The translations under genes and the position numbers were made by a program. A stretch of DNA of 57,392 nucleotides, counting the filler, from Platydemus manokwari (Eukaryota), in the NCBI GenBank assembly GCA_037951405.1. It is 6 parts of 6 records of this genome, joined end to end, with 100 filler letters (N's around TTAATTAATTAA, not from the genome) between each part and the next. Parts side by side here need not be neighbours in the genome. Positions count along the whole stretch, not along the records: positions 8,886 to 17,674 come from JBBMOY011349760.1; positions 17,775 to 27,861 come from JBBMOY011171211.1; 4 more parts are not named here. The stretch is one strand, 5' to 3'. Below the pieces are notes generated by a model. That model ran no database searches. It saw only the letters and a list, made by a program, of their open reading frames with translations, and was not told where the DNA came from. Below are positions 12,901-26,399 of the stretch, piece by piece. Position 1 is the first letter of the stretch; the number at the start of each line of letters is the position of its first letter.

Positions 12901-14982
12901 GTAGCATTAGTTCCAGGCATTACCGAAAATTGTTGTGCTGGTGGAGCAGTGTGTGTACCAATTTGTGGTGATAAAAAATAGCCACTCATCGCAGCAGATA
13001 AGGCTGAGAGTGCTGCTTGGTTTTGGCCAAGAAGGCTATTCTGGCTACTGGGGAAATTCGGAGGTTGTTGTTGTGGTTGTTGACCATATGAATTTGAGCC
13101 GTGTGTTAACATACTAGTAAGAGTGTGAAGTGCATCGGGAACTAAATTTGGTGCCTGTTGTTGTGGTGCCATTTGTTGAGTTGCCGGTGGCACATGCCCA
13201 CTTCCAAGAGCAGCTAAATACAAAGAACGTGCAAATAAAGCAGCTGCTGCAGACTGGTTTTGTATCTGCGATGTTTGGGGACCATGGTGCAACGCGCCAT
13301 TTTGACTTGCATAAAGTTGTTGTGTTTGCAATGCTGAGGTGGGCCGATCGTACAAAGGTGCTTGTTGGTGATATCCATAAGTAGGAGCCGTATTGGCACT
13401 CATATAATCATGCACAAGACCGTTATTAGTACCAGGTGACCACATATATTGACTCTGCTCTTCCTCAGGTTGCTTGCCATGCATTGGGCTGCTCGGTTCA
13501 CCAGTCATATAATCACTATGTGAAGGTGCTAATCCTGGTGGTGGCGGTAATCCTTGAGGAGCTTGTTGTTGAGGAGGATAACCTTGACCAGCATTCGAAA
13601 ACGAAGCTGCAATAATTGCCGGATCGAAAAACTGTTGGTTGGCACTGCTTTGTTGAGGTTGTTGTGGGATTGATTGTTGATTCTGTTGATTGTTACAGCC
13701 GAAAATTTGTGAGTTGTCAGGTGTGCCACACATTGTGGATTGTTGAAATAGCTGGCTAGAAGGCAAATAATAATGAGGTGGAGATTGTGGAAACGGTTGG
13801 GCATTTCCATTGGAATAGCTAAAATTGCTGGATTGATTGTTGAGAAAATTTTCCATTATATCTGATCTACACATCACTGAAACAGATTGTAGATTATGTT
13901 AATCAATAAATGTATATATATGTGCAAACAAGAATAATTCGGATATAACGGTTTTTCTAATTTAAAAGGTCTCTTAATATTCATAATGTTGATTGTGTTT
14001 GATTGATTTTTGTAATAACAACATCTTAATATGATAAAATGTACTTAAATATACAGCTGGTAAATTGACAACCACGTATCATGCTCATTTGGTAAATGTT
14101 ATTTTCTCATTTACTGTACAGATATCAAATGTAAAACTATAATTATTATGATAACACAACTTGTTTATTATTGTAAAAATCACCATTCAGAATGTAATAT
14201 AATTAAATTTCAATCATTAAATGTGATATACAAAAGTTTGAATATTTTTAGCCATCTCGTTTGACATTTTATTTGATGTTTTCGATTTAATGAACAATTT
14301 TACCTGTGATTAAAATAGCTACCAATTATGTTTATTAACTGTTTTACTTGTATTGGATTGAAAGTTTATTAGAAAAATTATATATCGGATGAAAACGTAT
14401 GCAGCAGAAAATTAAAATTTAATTTTAAGATAGATATTAATTAATCCCTTAACAAATTCTTAAATAATTATAAAATTAATATAATAAAATTCCCCGCTTA
14501 CCTCCAGTTCCAGGTGATGAACTTAGTACTTTATTTACAACTTGCATTCCTAAAGCAACCATTTCCTTGGATATTGGAGACATAAACGACCCACTATCAT
14601 TTCCCAGTGTATCACGTCTACCGGGATGCATTGGAATAGGCTGAGAAATACTATTATCGGATGTATCCCACCCTCTACTATCACCAGACATAGGTAAGCT
14701 AATTTGTGCAGGCCAATAAGCGTTATGATCGTCAAAACTTAATTGAGATATTTGTCTTGTTAATTGCTCAGTGGTATTTGGTAATGACAATCCAGACATG
14801 GGCCATTCATCTGGGTATACATAGCTTGAAGAATAGTAAGGCCCACTTGGAACATTAGAAATAACAGTTGATGGTTGACCTAGGGAATTATAAATTGATG
14901 TATTTGCAATTTGACAAGTCGCAACATTTGGATTTATTCCAGATGGGTTTCTTTCTGTCGCATTTTCATGGAAATCTGACAT
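9381..14982 (-). CDS. pum: Pumilio (PUF-family RNA-binding translational repressor), 6 exons: 14982-14502, 13876-12742, 12084-11850, 11796-11554, 11200-11048, 9914-9381; 2781 nt, 926 aa
   Basis: All introns are GT-AG with consistent phases (1,2,0,0,0). N-terminal conserved motif SP...LG...V..VLSSSP, a Q/P/A-rich region, RSRLLEDFR, and eight Puf repeats with canonical recognition residues (SRFIQ, NYVIQ, CRVIQ, NHVVQ, CRVIQ, NYVIQ, SNVVE, NYVIQ), ending [11 protein letters not shown]. Confidence 0.96.
11048..11200 (-). CDS. pum: pumilio coding exon 5 (Puf repeats 5-6)
   Basis: [21 protein letters not shown]...[12 protein letters not shown]. Confidence 0.95.
11554..11796 (-). CDS. pum: pumilio coding exon 4 (Puf repeats 3-4)
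   Basis: [16 protein letters not shown]...[16 protein letters not shown]; follows a 53-bp intron. Confidence 0.95.
11850..12084 (-). CDS. pum: pumilio coding exon 3 (Puf repeats 1-2)
   Basis: [33 protein letters not shown]...[24 protein letters not shown]. Confidence 0.95.
12742..13876 (-). CDS. pum: pumilio coding exon 2 (low-complexity Q/P/A-rich region up to RSRLLEDFR)
   Basis: Acceptor TTTCAG|, donor AG|GTGAG. Confidence 0.92.
14502..14982 (-). CDS. pum: pumilio coding exon 1
   Basis: ATG at 14982; contains VLSSSP motif; donor G|GTAAG at 14501. Confidence 0.85.
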
Positions 14983-15899
14983 GTCTTTATTCTATGACAA
15001 TGAACGAGTATATACAATTTTTTCCTATAAAATTTAACACAAATAATTTCAAATTTTAAATATTAAAATACGTTCAAAATTTTAGTATTTAAATTTTACA
15101 ATATAATTAAAAACAAAATGTTTATTTACATAATAATAAACTTTAAAATAAAAATAAATTTAAGATTACCCTTATGTACACTATGTACACAGTACAAAAA
15201 GGTATATTCTAATAAGAGCCGCTTTATTAAAAACAAAATGCCATATTACTTTAGCATGATCAAACAAAGGATAAGTTGTAAATTATTTCTATTTTTGATT
15301 AAATTAATTTTAATACATATCCATTATAATTTACGATTTTAGTTAAATTTAAAATATTTTGTATTTAAATTTAGCTTGAAAATTTGTTATTTTTAAAGTT
15401 TTTAAATCTTTTAAAATATATAAAGGAAAAGAATTAGTTCAGTTAGTAAATTTTAATTAATTTATAATATAAGTTACATTAACCAGGGTTTCCTTTTGTT
15501 GGCAAGTTTTTTAAATATCATAAGATTTCAATTTTGTAAAATTGTATATGATTATCGTGAAATGATTTTCAACTTGAATGGTTAAATAAATTTAAATATG
15601 TCTATAAACTAGGGCCTCGGAGTTGGTCTTCTTAAATATATCATATACATTTCGTAAGCAAGTATAAAACATTTTTATTTTAAACTGCACGTTTAAAATC
15701 ACGAATACCGCAAACTTCATCAATATATATCCGTCAATTTGCGAAATTTTATTAATATAACTATATGAAAATAAATACCATCAATTATTAGGTTAATATT
15801 CAACCCAAGATGATAGGTTATAAGATGTTGTTGTATAAGACCAAACAAACATATTTAGAAAATTTAATCATAAATAGAGTAATCAATATCGAACATGTT

Positions 15900-17260
15900 A
15901 CAGAACTATTTTTTAAATAGTGAGATGTTGGGTATTCGAAATGAATCAGACAAAGTAAATATTTCTTACTTTAAGTCACAATACGAATATGGCTATCTAC
16001 CAATAACAAATCGTTAAAAAACTAAATATTCACTTGTTTTCACAATGAGTCCAGAATCTGCGCGTGTTATGGATATTTGATATCTGTTTTTTTCATGATT
16101 TGAGTTGTTTTTAGTGATCTTTAAGAATTGGGATGGGTCAGTCACTGCCTTTGTAAATGCTTGTAATAATGCCTTTCTTCTAATCAAAACTTTCACCCTA
16201 TCATGATTTTGATCGATGAGTCAGAATTCATGTATAAAGGTGTGCGAACATTTAATTAAATGTAAATAAGGATTCCAATGTGCCAAGGGTTGTCATTTTT
16301 TTCAGTAATAATTAGTATAACCATAATTAATTAAGTTTATTTATTTTGACTTACTCACAATGGAGATTCCACCAATGATCTGATCTCAATCTGAATAGTC
16401 GGTTGCGTGTATAGTCCCGATAGTATAGTAATGATAAAATAATAAAATAATGAAACAATGACATGAATACTATTAATACTAATTTAAAATTATGGAATGT
16501 GTGATACTAAACTATTAACAGAGATTTAGTGTTGTGCCTTGAAGATGACAAACAACCGACGTAGGGAACTAGGTGCCACCCTACTTCGGACAATAAACTA
16601 AAGAAATGAATTTAGATTGCAAACTCTTTCGGTTTTACAATTAGCATTTTAGCCCTGCAAATCTCATCGAGCTTTGCGAGAGGATGAGTGAAGTTAAAGC
16701 AATAAAATTTATCATTGACACATATTTGTAAAATGAACTGATTGAATTGATTGGAAATATAAAAGAGCTATAGGATGATGCGGTCCTGAGCTTAATGATG
16801 ATGAATCCCTAAGCTAAATGATGAGAATTGATTAAAATACTCCACTTGATTGAAGCTAATCCGAGAAAAACGTTTATGAGTGCAGATAATGCGCGATCAA
16901 AATACCGAATGAATGCTCTGAAGTTTCCCAAAATCTAAATTTTAATTAATATACTGTAGAATGAGCGTCGAAATAATGTACTGATTGAGCATACTGAAGT
17001 TTTTTCCAGAAATTAATGTGCAAATTCCCTTTTTTGGGTTGGGTTTATATACCCAGAATTTTATTTTCTTCCTTAGTAATTTATTTTTTTCCATGGTGAT
17101 TCAAAGTTGCTAATGCTTTCGCCTTAGCATTATGTAAATTACCATGGTGGTGTGAATTAATTTTTAAAACGCGGATTTAAAATTAATTTTGGAGTTGGCT
17201 TATTCATCTTATTATTTATATTATTAGTGTGGTTGGGATGTGGGCTGAATGTACCAAAAT
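15900..17260 (-). mobile_element. Degenerate LTR retrotransposon 5' part: LTR (about 17260-16376), PBS-like TGGTGGAATC (16374-16365), decayed gag-like sequence
   Basis: Diverged homology to 44025-44926; LTR ends ...GATCA then T-TGG; TATA-like GGGTATATAAA near 17050; downstream MTTLGTLES and RFVIG..DSHIR resemble Ty3/gypsy gag pieces. The outer LTR boundary is approximate. Confidence 0.55.
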
Positions 17261-17674
17261 AATTCTATAAAATATCATAGTTATTACAAGATCTGAAATG
17301 ACTGATTGGGCAATTAATACAATGATGTACAATGATTCTCTAATTAAAATATTAAGTAAGGTTATGGCAAATAACCAAGTAGATGTAGTGAGTCTCTTTG
17401 ATCTACGTTTTCTATTATCTTGAGGTTCTATTTTGATAGAGCTACTTATTATTGAGGATGACTCTTATGGTAGTGGCTGAATAAATTAAAGGTGGTTAGT
17501 TGTGTAATGTCTCCGTAACCACTGAATTGACACTAATTTTGAAAATAATTTTAGTTAGTTATACTTAATTTTTTTTCATATTATTTTTAGTTTATTTATC
17601 TTGTTTGTTCTATGTTATAAATACTTATTCTTACTATTGTTGTCCCAATATTTTAATGATTACTATATGTAGCA

Positions 17675-17774
17675 NNNNNNNNNNNNNNNNNNNNNNNNNN
17701 NNNNNNNNNNNNNNNNNNTTAATTAATTAANNNNNNNNNNNNNNNNNNNNNNNNNNNNNNNNNNNNNNNNNNNN
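17675..17774. other. Assembly spacer
   Basis: N44-TTAATTAATTAA-N44. Confidence 0.99.
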
Positions 17775-18290
17775 TAATGCATCAGTGAATATGGAAGTTG
17801 ACGGATATGTTTTAACATTTATTGAGAGGAGTATATTTATAATATACTGATGCAGTAATAATCTGATATATAGAATCAGTAATTAACAATAGCAATACTG
17901 ATAAAAATTGCAATAATAATTTTTATAATGATAATGTCATAACTATTACCAATTTTGATATTGATTTTAGAGCACATTCACAAGAAACACGCGTGCTAGA
18001 AATCAATCACAGGCTCTGAACTCAACTATCATGATGAAAAAGTTATTAGAAATTGATCCATATTAATGATATGAAATGAATGTTTACATGGACCAATCAC
18101 AGTCAAAAATAATGAAATCCTTAATCAAATATTTCAGTGAATTCCACAAAACTGATTAGCATTGGATATTATTAAATAATACATAAATCGGCAGACAAAA
18201 TTAGACTACATATTAACATTTTTTTTGAGTAATCTCTAGTCTTTTTGACCATATTTGTTTATTAATGACTTTGATCTTTGAGAGATTCTG

Positions 18291-21020
18291 TTTTTTTTTA
18301 TTTATATTAAAAGCTTTGTTATTTACTGCTAATATTTATTCATAAACATTGATTTTCGAGATACCTATACGTTTGACTTGATCGATCCATGAATCACATT
18401 TCGCTAGTTCAATCATACAATTAATTCACCATTTCATTCAATTCTGTTTCAGTCATCCAGTCGAAGTTGTTTTGGAAATCTTCCCTTATTTTAAGGCTGT
18501 CTTTGTTGCCGTTCTCTTTCCCATATGGAACTTCCCATCTTATTTATCATTTTCTTATTCATTTCTTTTTTCTTTAGGACTGTATAGTTCGTCTGTATTT
18601 GCCAAGTTCCGAGAACTCCTTCAACAAAAGTGAAGAGTTCTGTTTCGAAGGTCTGTGTATTTTTCTATATTCTTTTGAGCTATTTCGGCCATTAAAGCAG
18701 GTTCGTCCATGGGGCATTTGGCATCGACAAGGACAATCGTGGATTTTCGATTATTTATTAGTTTAAGATCTGCCTTAATTTGGATTCCGTGAATTGACAT
18801 TCTTTCTCTACAAATACTCTGTAATCCGTATTGTTAACAATTTCCTTGGCCAGCATGTCCATGATTCTGTCGTGTCTATAGTGTACATAAGAGTGGGATG
18901 GTTTGCAGCAGGTGAAAATGTGTGTTCGCGATTCTACTTCATATAGACATTTTCTGCGTGCTATTCCTCGCATGTGCTTTTTATTCAAAGTGGGAAGGTT
19001 GTCCGTCCTTGCGTTATGAATAAATCTGAATTCAGAAATAGTATTTTCTAAAAATTTCATCTACTGTTTCATTTGAAAAGTTGTTGGCCACTCCTTCTGC
19101 CAATGATTATCTGATTTCAAACGTATCTTTTGGGCAATTATCAGGAATGCACATTAGTTGTTCCCCTCTCTTGACCTTTCATTCATATTTGAGGATCGCC
19201 TTTTTTGCTTATTTCTTTATTGTCTTTATATTTATTCTTATCAGTAGAAAACTATGGCTGATGTTCAGAATATTACCAAATACCAGTGGCCGCTTTCTTC
19301 AAAATTTCACTGTATCAGTCTGGGTTTTGTAGGCTGAATTTCTATTAGACCTTCTTTGTTCCATATCATTAAGGAAGTATTTCTATTTAGGTTATTGAGT
19401 AATTTTGTTTTTTCATCATTTGTATCATCGCCTCTAAGGTTTAGCAATTGAATTGATTTTTCTGTTATAAATATTATCACTAGAATTCAGCGTTAATGGG
19501 CAGCAGTCAAAGTTATTTGTTTGTAATTGTTGTTCTTTCTTATCAAAGAAGTTTCTTTATATCTTTAAGTTTTTCCAAAGTATGTTTTCGTATTTGAGTG
19601 TGTTGCATATCCTCTTCGCTTTGATTTCAGCTTCATTTAAGAATTCGTCACTATTCAATGGTTCAAGTAAACCCCTTCCAAATGGGTATATCACTAGTAC
19701 CGTCCAGTATTTGTTTCGTTCGTTAATTGGAGCAAGAACCGTTTTACATGTTGTGAGTTTGATGGGATTGATGCCAACTTCACTGAGATTGGCTCCATTT
19801 GAAATTAATTCTTCAGTGTAGCTACTGATGAACATGCAATCATTTAACTTAACATGTGCTGATACATATTTATCAATCTTGTCTCCGGGGAACCATTCTG
19901 TATAAGACATTGAGGCCCTTTTGCTCGCTCCGGACGAGACCGCAGTCTGTGTAGCTCGCAGTGCAAGGCAAGGAGTACTCATCACTATCTAACTATCTTG
20001 AGCTGGTGATGGTTGACAGGAATCGATTCTTTTTTGTATTTTTTGATGTCGATGCTATGGCCTGTTTATCCATCAAGCTCAGTATTTTTTTTTTACTCGT
20101 AGTGAATTTTTTGATTTTGGCTTCTTTAATCACTGGGTCCGGTACCTCTTCATGAGCTACACAGATTTCTTGAGTTTTATTTTTGATATATTCTTCCGTA
20201 AGCTCGTCCTTAATTTTTTCTTTTTCTAATTCAAATCTTTTGATGAGTTGGAGAACATCAGACCTACTTTTTGCTGTGGAAGGACCTTAGAACTTATCCA
20301 ATACTATCGCATTGTCAATTCTTAATGATGATAGAGGAGATGTTGCCTTATTGATTTTAAGGTGTGTTTCAGTGAAATGTGAGTTAGATTCACTCTACAG
20401 ATCTATGGTAAGCATATCTGTTTGCGCAGCTGAGCTAATCATTTTGAGGTTAGTCTCTTTAGCATGTATTCTGGTCTTGCTTACATTTGTGTTGAGGATA
20501 TCCAGTTTCACGTGATTTGTGGTTGCTATATCGAGATCAACTTCATTCAATTGTTTGTCTATAGGATTCGCGATGTTTTCCGTGCCATGCCAAGATCAAT
20601 TTTATTGTATGAGTTTTGATCGTCCGGGTTGCTTCTTTTATCATCATCATTCAATGTATTAGTGGGTCAAAATATATCTTTTCGAGTTTCTATGACTTTA
20701 TCTGTTAACTTATCTTCTACTCCATAATTACTAAGATTATTTATGAATTGCAATAGTACCTCGTTATTCTTTAATGCTGGTTTACAGATGGAACCCTTAG
20801 CATTTGTTTTCATGTTTGTTAGATTTACTGTGCTGCCTTTTTCTATTTCTCCTAGCATTTTTCTGAATTTATCTGAAGTTGTTTTGAGATGCGGTTTATC
20901 TTTTAGCAATCCGATGTCAATGTTAAGAGACCATGACCTGTCGGGGTTAATAGTAGCAAAAATAAAGGTTCTCAGTTTTTCCTTAGAATGCACTTCATTT
21001 TTACTTTTATTTTTCTTGTA
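18291..21020 (-). mobile_element. Internally deleted NeSL/R5-like non-LTR retrotransposon remnant (Ulp1-like protease + zinc knuckle + restriction-like endonuclease; no RT seen)
   Basis: Ulp1-like: WFPGDKIDKY...VLAPINERNKYWTVLVI...QTNNFDCC (about 19890-19500). REL region: FRFIHNARTDNLPT, C..EVESRTHIFTCC, RHDRI, then across a frameshift R(P)DL....IVLVDAKCPMD...KNIEKYTDL (19060-18640). Possible A-tail at 18291-18305. The 5' boundary is uncertain. Confidence 0.8.
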
Positions 21021-23217
21021 GCCTCAATACGTGATGAGTTAATATTTAGTGAAATTAATAATTTGAACTTATTTTTTATTTTTCATTTATTTTTTATGAC
21101 TAGTGCTTTGACTTTGTATAGATTTAATTTTTATGTTCATCATGAGCATTAAAAGATTCTCGTATTAAGATGATTTCACTTGGAGATATTCAAAATTTAA
21201 CTTAGTTTCAATTTTTTATTTTGTTGTCATGCTTTGCAGTTATCGAGATTTATTATTGAACAACGGATATGTTTGTGTGCAATTTATGAATAAATAAATT
21301 TCACTTATCTTCTTTTCGAACAATAATACATTATCAGGATAACTGTTTGAGACGAATGAATCACAATTGAGTTGGTACAACAGTGACTGTCTGGTTGTGC
21401 TAAGAATGCATAGTTGTGAGTGAGTAGAAGGAAGGAATCGCTACGTATACTAGACATTGCTAAGTAAATGAAACTTTGACTAAACTGTGAGGCATTAATT
21501 TCATTTGGAATCGAATTTGGTGAATCGAAGTCGAGTAGGGCAATTATAACGTTGGTTGAGTGTTGGTCGATGTGGTTGTTCGGTGTTGATTTTCATTGTA
21601 TTGTATAACGATGAATTTGTTTACTCGATTTTTGGAAAATTTGGAGACACTTGATGGGGTCTGACTCAAAGTTCATAGTGCCTGGATATCATTGTTTTTT
21701 GTTGAAAATGAATAATTTTTGCTCTTGATTTTACGCAGTAAAATACCACTGAAAAGGCAAACGAATTCCGCTTATCAGACCGTTGAGTTTTGAAGATAAT
21801 TTGGTTGATACAAAACCATGGCTATTCAGATGTAGATGAATTTCGAAGTTAATAATTGGTAGAGGTAGTGATTGAGTATATCTCTCAGAGGTCAAACATC
21901 GAACTTTTTATAGACCTATTATGTGTGTTCATTTGATGTCTCAACACTTTTCTTTTCCATCGATTTATTACCAACTATTATTGTATCTCTTAAGCCATTA
22001 ATGTATCTTGAAATATTTGGCTTGTTGCTAGTGTTCACCAATTGATTATCAAGTTTTAAATACGTACTGATATACATGAAGCCTCTTATTGGCTGTTGGT
22101 ATATACACTTATCGAATCTTTGTGGAATCTAGTCTTTTGGCACCCTTTTCGCAGTTTCCTTTATTATTTTGACTATATTTCTGACATACTCAATCCATAT
22201 ATCATAGGAAATACTTGTAATAAAGTTGGTAATAAATACAGCATAATAATTTGATTATGTTTTAAATCTAAAATTGATTGGAAAGAATTTATAATTTAAT
22301 AATAATTTATAAACCAAATAAATTTTGATGGCTGAAAATCAGTATTATTATATTTACACTAATGAGAGTATCTTATTTAAATTAAAGATATTATTTAGAA
22401 ATGTTTCTTTAGAAAATTTCACTGTGTCACCTTGGCATAGGTCTTTTTAACTGTGCTTGTCAGTTTGACAAGAGTTTACGCCTCGTATTCACTTGCAGAT
22501 ATTTCTCTCTTATAATAAAACATGGAGGAATTTAATACTAAAAGCTCAAAATTAACATTCAAATAAATGAAAATTAACATGAAAATTTTTTATTAATTCA
22601 TAAAAATGCAAGTGCATAAAGAAGTCATTTAGAATTGATATTTATATTCAGAAAATGTAAAGCACAAATTCTCATTCAAAACATAATTTGCTGTAGTAGA
22701 AACTATATTTGAAAGAATAAAAATTATTTTAATGATTTATTATTAAGAAAATTTATATTTTTATCATTTTGACTTTATTAAATTAAAAATTATTTGAAAA
22801 ATAATTCAAAGCTTTTGAGATAAAATAATACCAATAGAAATTTATCAGATTTTAATTTCGTTGAGATATATTTCTTAAGATTTCACCTTTTCCTTTGTAT
22901 TCTTTATGTATTATCTTATCAATTTAAAAGTTCTAAATGATCAATTATTTCTACAATCACATAATAGATTCCCAAAATAAGCAATATCCAATCAGATTTG
23001 TTTATCAAAATTTCCTCTTTATTTAACTTGCAATAATACTGTAAATCCAATGAAAAAAATGAAATCACGGCACAATATCACAATACAATTGAATTCAATT
23101 CAAGGAATATCTATTTATCCGAGTTCATTTATCACTGCAAACATTCAAGCAGAATAATTTATAAAAGAATTTCCTAAAGTTTCATTTTGAATATAAAATT
23201 TATTCGATTTAATTCTC

Positions 23218-24117
23218 ATGTGGAATTTTAAAATCTTTGAGAATCTTGGAGACAGTGTCCCATTTTTTATATTTAGATTTATTTTATTATCATTGTTTGC
23301 CATATTGAACATAATCGTTTTGGTGTTCCTCACGAAACATCGCATAGCTTCAACAAATGCGACAATCATCATTAAAATTCAAACCTGTTTCGATTTGGGA
23401 TTAATTTTCATTATTCCAATGTATAATTTTGAACCAAACGGTGAAATAAAAAATGCTTTTGATGCAATAATTTATTGTTATGTAATTTCAAATCCGAATA
23501 TATTTGGCACTCTCAGCTCATGTAGCGTCAATTTGATGATTTTACTGACACTAGAACGCTTCGTATGCATTGTTTTGCCATTTCAATATAAATCAATAAC
23601 CAAACGAAAAATATATTTCGCAGTTGGCATTACCATTTTAATGAGTATACTATCCCAATCAATATCACTTTCCGATTATCAAATACATTATAATGTAACT
23701 CATTACATTTGCTTAAACAATTTTTCTATTGCTTTATTGATTATCGATTTATTATTGACAATTGTTTTACCATTTATAATATTTCTAATATTTAGCTTGG
23801 TCACTACATTTGTTTTATGGAAAAATGTGAAAAAAAGACCTCGTTCAAATAAAAATTTTACAGAAAACAATCATCTAACTCTTCGATTTTCTATCGCTAA
23901 TATAATTTCCACAATTTCATACGGCATAGCAGAATTTACAATATTCATCTCGTGGGTATTGATAATGATAAACAATAACAAAATGATTAATGAATACGTG
24001 GGATATCATCTTAAATTTATGTTTGCATGTTTGACTATTGTGAACCCAATCGTGTACATGATCTTGTTCAAGAACTTTAGAAACTTTATCATGTGTAAAA
24101 ATGTTCCATGTAGATAA
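23218..24117 (+). CDS. Intronless orphan rhodopsin-class (class A) 7TM GPCR, 299 aa
   Basis: Seven hydrophobic segments; TM1 Asn (ILNII), TM2 Asp (CFDL), TM3 LTLERFVCIVLPF, ECL2 Cys, TM5 LPF, TM7 NPIVY followed by a helix-8-like FKNFR. Confidence 0.92.
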   Translation: MWNFKIFENLGDSVPFFIFRFILLSLFAILNIIVLVFLTKHRIASTNATIIIKIQTCFDLGLIFIIPMYNFEPNGEIKNAFDAIIYCYVISNPNIFGTLSSCSVNLMILLTLERFVCIVLPFQYKSITKRKIYFAVGITILMSILSQSISLSDYQIHYNVTHYICLNNFSIALLIIDLLLTIVLPFIIFLIFSLVTTFVLWKNVKKRPRSNKNFTENNHLTLRFSIANIISTISYGIAEFTIFISWVLIMINNNKMINEYVGYHLKFMFACLTIVNPIVYMILFKNFRNFIMCKNVPCR

Positions 24118-26399
24118 AATAATTGTATTTTTTTTATCTTTAAATAATAAAATATCGCCAGTTTTTATACGTCAGTTTTTAAAATTTTGTGATAACAAAT
24201 ATAATATTATGAGAATGATTTTATAAAAATCCACTTTTTACCTCCTATTTTATATAATTTTTAACATATTTTTTCAAATCTGGAAATATGAATTTTTCAT
24301 TATTGATTTGGGTTCCTGATATCGTAATTTTTTATTTTTTCATTTATAAGAGACTAATAGCTCGCGTTACCTGTTCAAATATTTTAATTGAATGAGCTGC
24401 CTTAAATTAGAAACATCAAAGAACATAATCAATGTTTGATGATCAGAGATATCATGGATGACAGTAATTGGCAAAAATCATTGATTTAATATATTTTAAT
24501 GATCTTCATATTTCCATTAATAAGGTTTTACATTAGGATTTTAGATTAAAATACAAATCAATCATTAAAAATTTTTTAGTGTAGACTCCAATTACATTAA
24601 TTCGAATTCACTATCGGAGAGAAATTTTTTCATGTTTTCTAATACATGTTGGAATTTTATTGGACAGGAAACACTTCCCGTTATTTATTTATCAGTTTTT
24701 ATGTGTTTACACCAACTAATATTTAGCTCAAAAAATGATTTGTACATATTGACTTTAAAAGAGTTATCATTAATATTTCTAAATAGTTATTGATTTGCCT
24801 AGATTATTTATTCCAAATGGCAATATATGAGTTGGAATACAGTTTTCAAATATAAAACCTTTTCATGAATTATTATATTTGATAGCATTATCAATTAGTT
24901 CTAAATTTCATTTGCTTTTCATAAATATATGTTAGTAATGTTCTTAATTAAATTATCATTTATAATCTAAACTTATTTTACGTAATATATTTAAAAATAT
25001 GTTTCCATTGAAACATATTTGGTTGTTACTAAAAATAAAATAAATGCTTTGATATTATATTATGATGAACATCCTGATGAGGGTAAAACACATTTTCAGT
25101 AAAAGCTTTTTCGTAGCAGAGAGATATAAAAATCAAACATTACCACTTGTGATATCGCAAATGATAAGTGGTGATGTAAGCTTTCATTGGTATCAGACAA
25201 TAAAAAAGCAATTGGTACATTATTTTGCAGATTATCTTCTCGAAATGATTAATAAATTTATCAATAGAGAATTAAGGAAATGTGATTCATCACTTTATCA
25301 AAAATAACTAACAGTTATTTATGAAAACTCTAAAATATTTTGTCTTTGAAATTAAAGAAAATTCAAAGAGATCTAATCATGGATGTTATTAGAATTAGGA
25401 TTTTTGAACAAACCATTCATACAGCATTGTTGAACATCTGCGCAAATAAAGCCAGATCGAACCATAAACAAAGCGAGTTATTTGCGATATAATTAAAATG
25501 ATTGGAAAGTAACCATTGGTTTCGAAAATATATAAAATGTGGTGTAAAATAACAATAAATACGAGTAATTTGCGTAGTTGAATAGGTTGATAAGAACCTA
25601 GTTGGTAGTGTTTGATAAGTGAAGATTTCAACTCGAGATTATATTCGAAAAGCAGGTCTTTACCAACATTAATAATAAAATATAAATATTCCAGTCAGAC
25701 TCTTCTAAGTAAATTTATAAATACCCATGCCAGCAATCCGAAGAAAATTAAAACTCTTCTCAGTCAAGTGCTCAAGAATCTAATTATTATCAAAAGTATC
25801 CTCTATGGTATAAATCTTTACTCATTTAACAAAAAATATTGATTCTAGTTCCTTGTTTATTTTAATTCTTAACTTTTAGATTTACATTAAACAATTACAT
25901 TATATAGGGGCCGGTAAAAAAATTTAGTTTTTTCAGTCAGAAAATATCTGAAGATCAAAGTTATAATTTTCCATGTAGATCTTTTTTAGGTAAATTTTAT
26001 AAGAGAGATCATTAACAAGACTGGAAAGTTCAAGATTTAAATTTAAATAAATCGGTTAGAGTTGGTTAAATTATTTCTCCTGAAAGATGACATAAATTTC
26101 TTTGTTTCAACTTTGAAAAATGGATTTACCTTCAAGAAGTACCTCCAAAAGAATGAGTGGATGGCACATGTGATAGTCCAACTATAAAGAGCTATCAGAT
26201 CAATTAATAATGTATAACACTTGCACAAACGAATTATCAGTCAATATATAAGAGAAACTACGTTTTATGGAACCCATTACTGGAATTTTACTGAAAGAAG
26301 AAGTAAAACCAAAAACATTAGAGTGTAACTAATTAATATCAACGCTGTTCAGATTTTGGTTAAATAAATGGAAGGCTAGCAACCAATCCCACATCAGGA

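Noticed and set aside
12935-13810. Short alternative-frame and antisense ORFs overlapping pumilio exon 2
   Set aside because: Shadows of the real coding exon.
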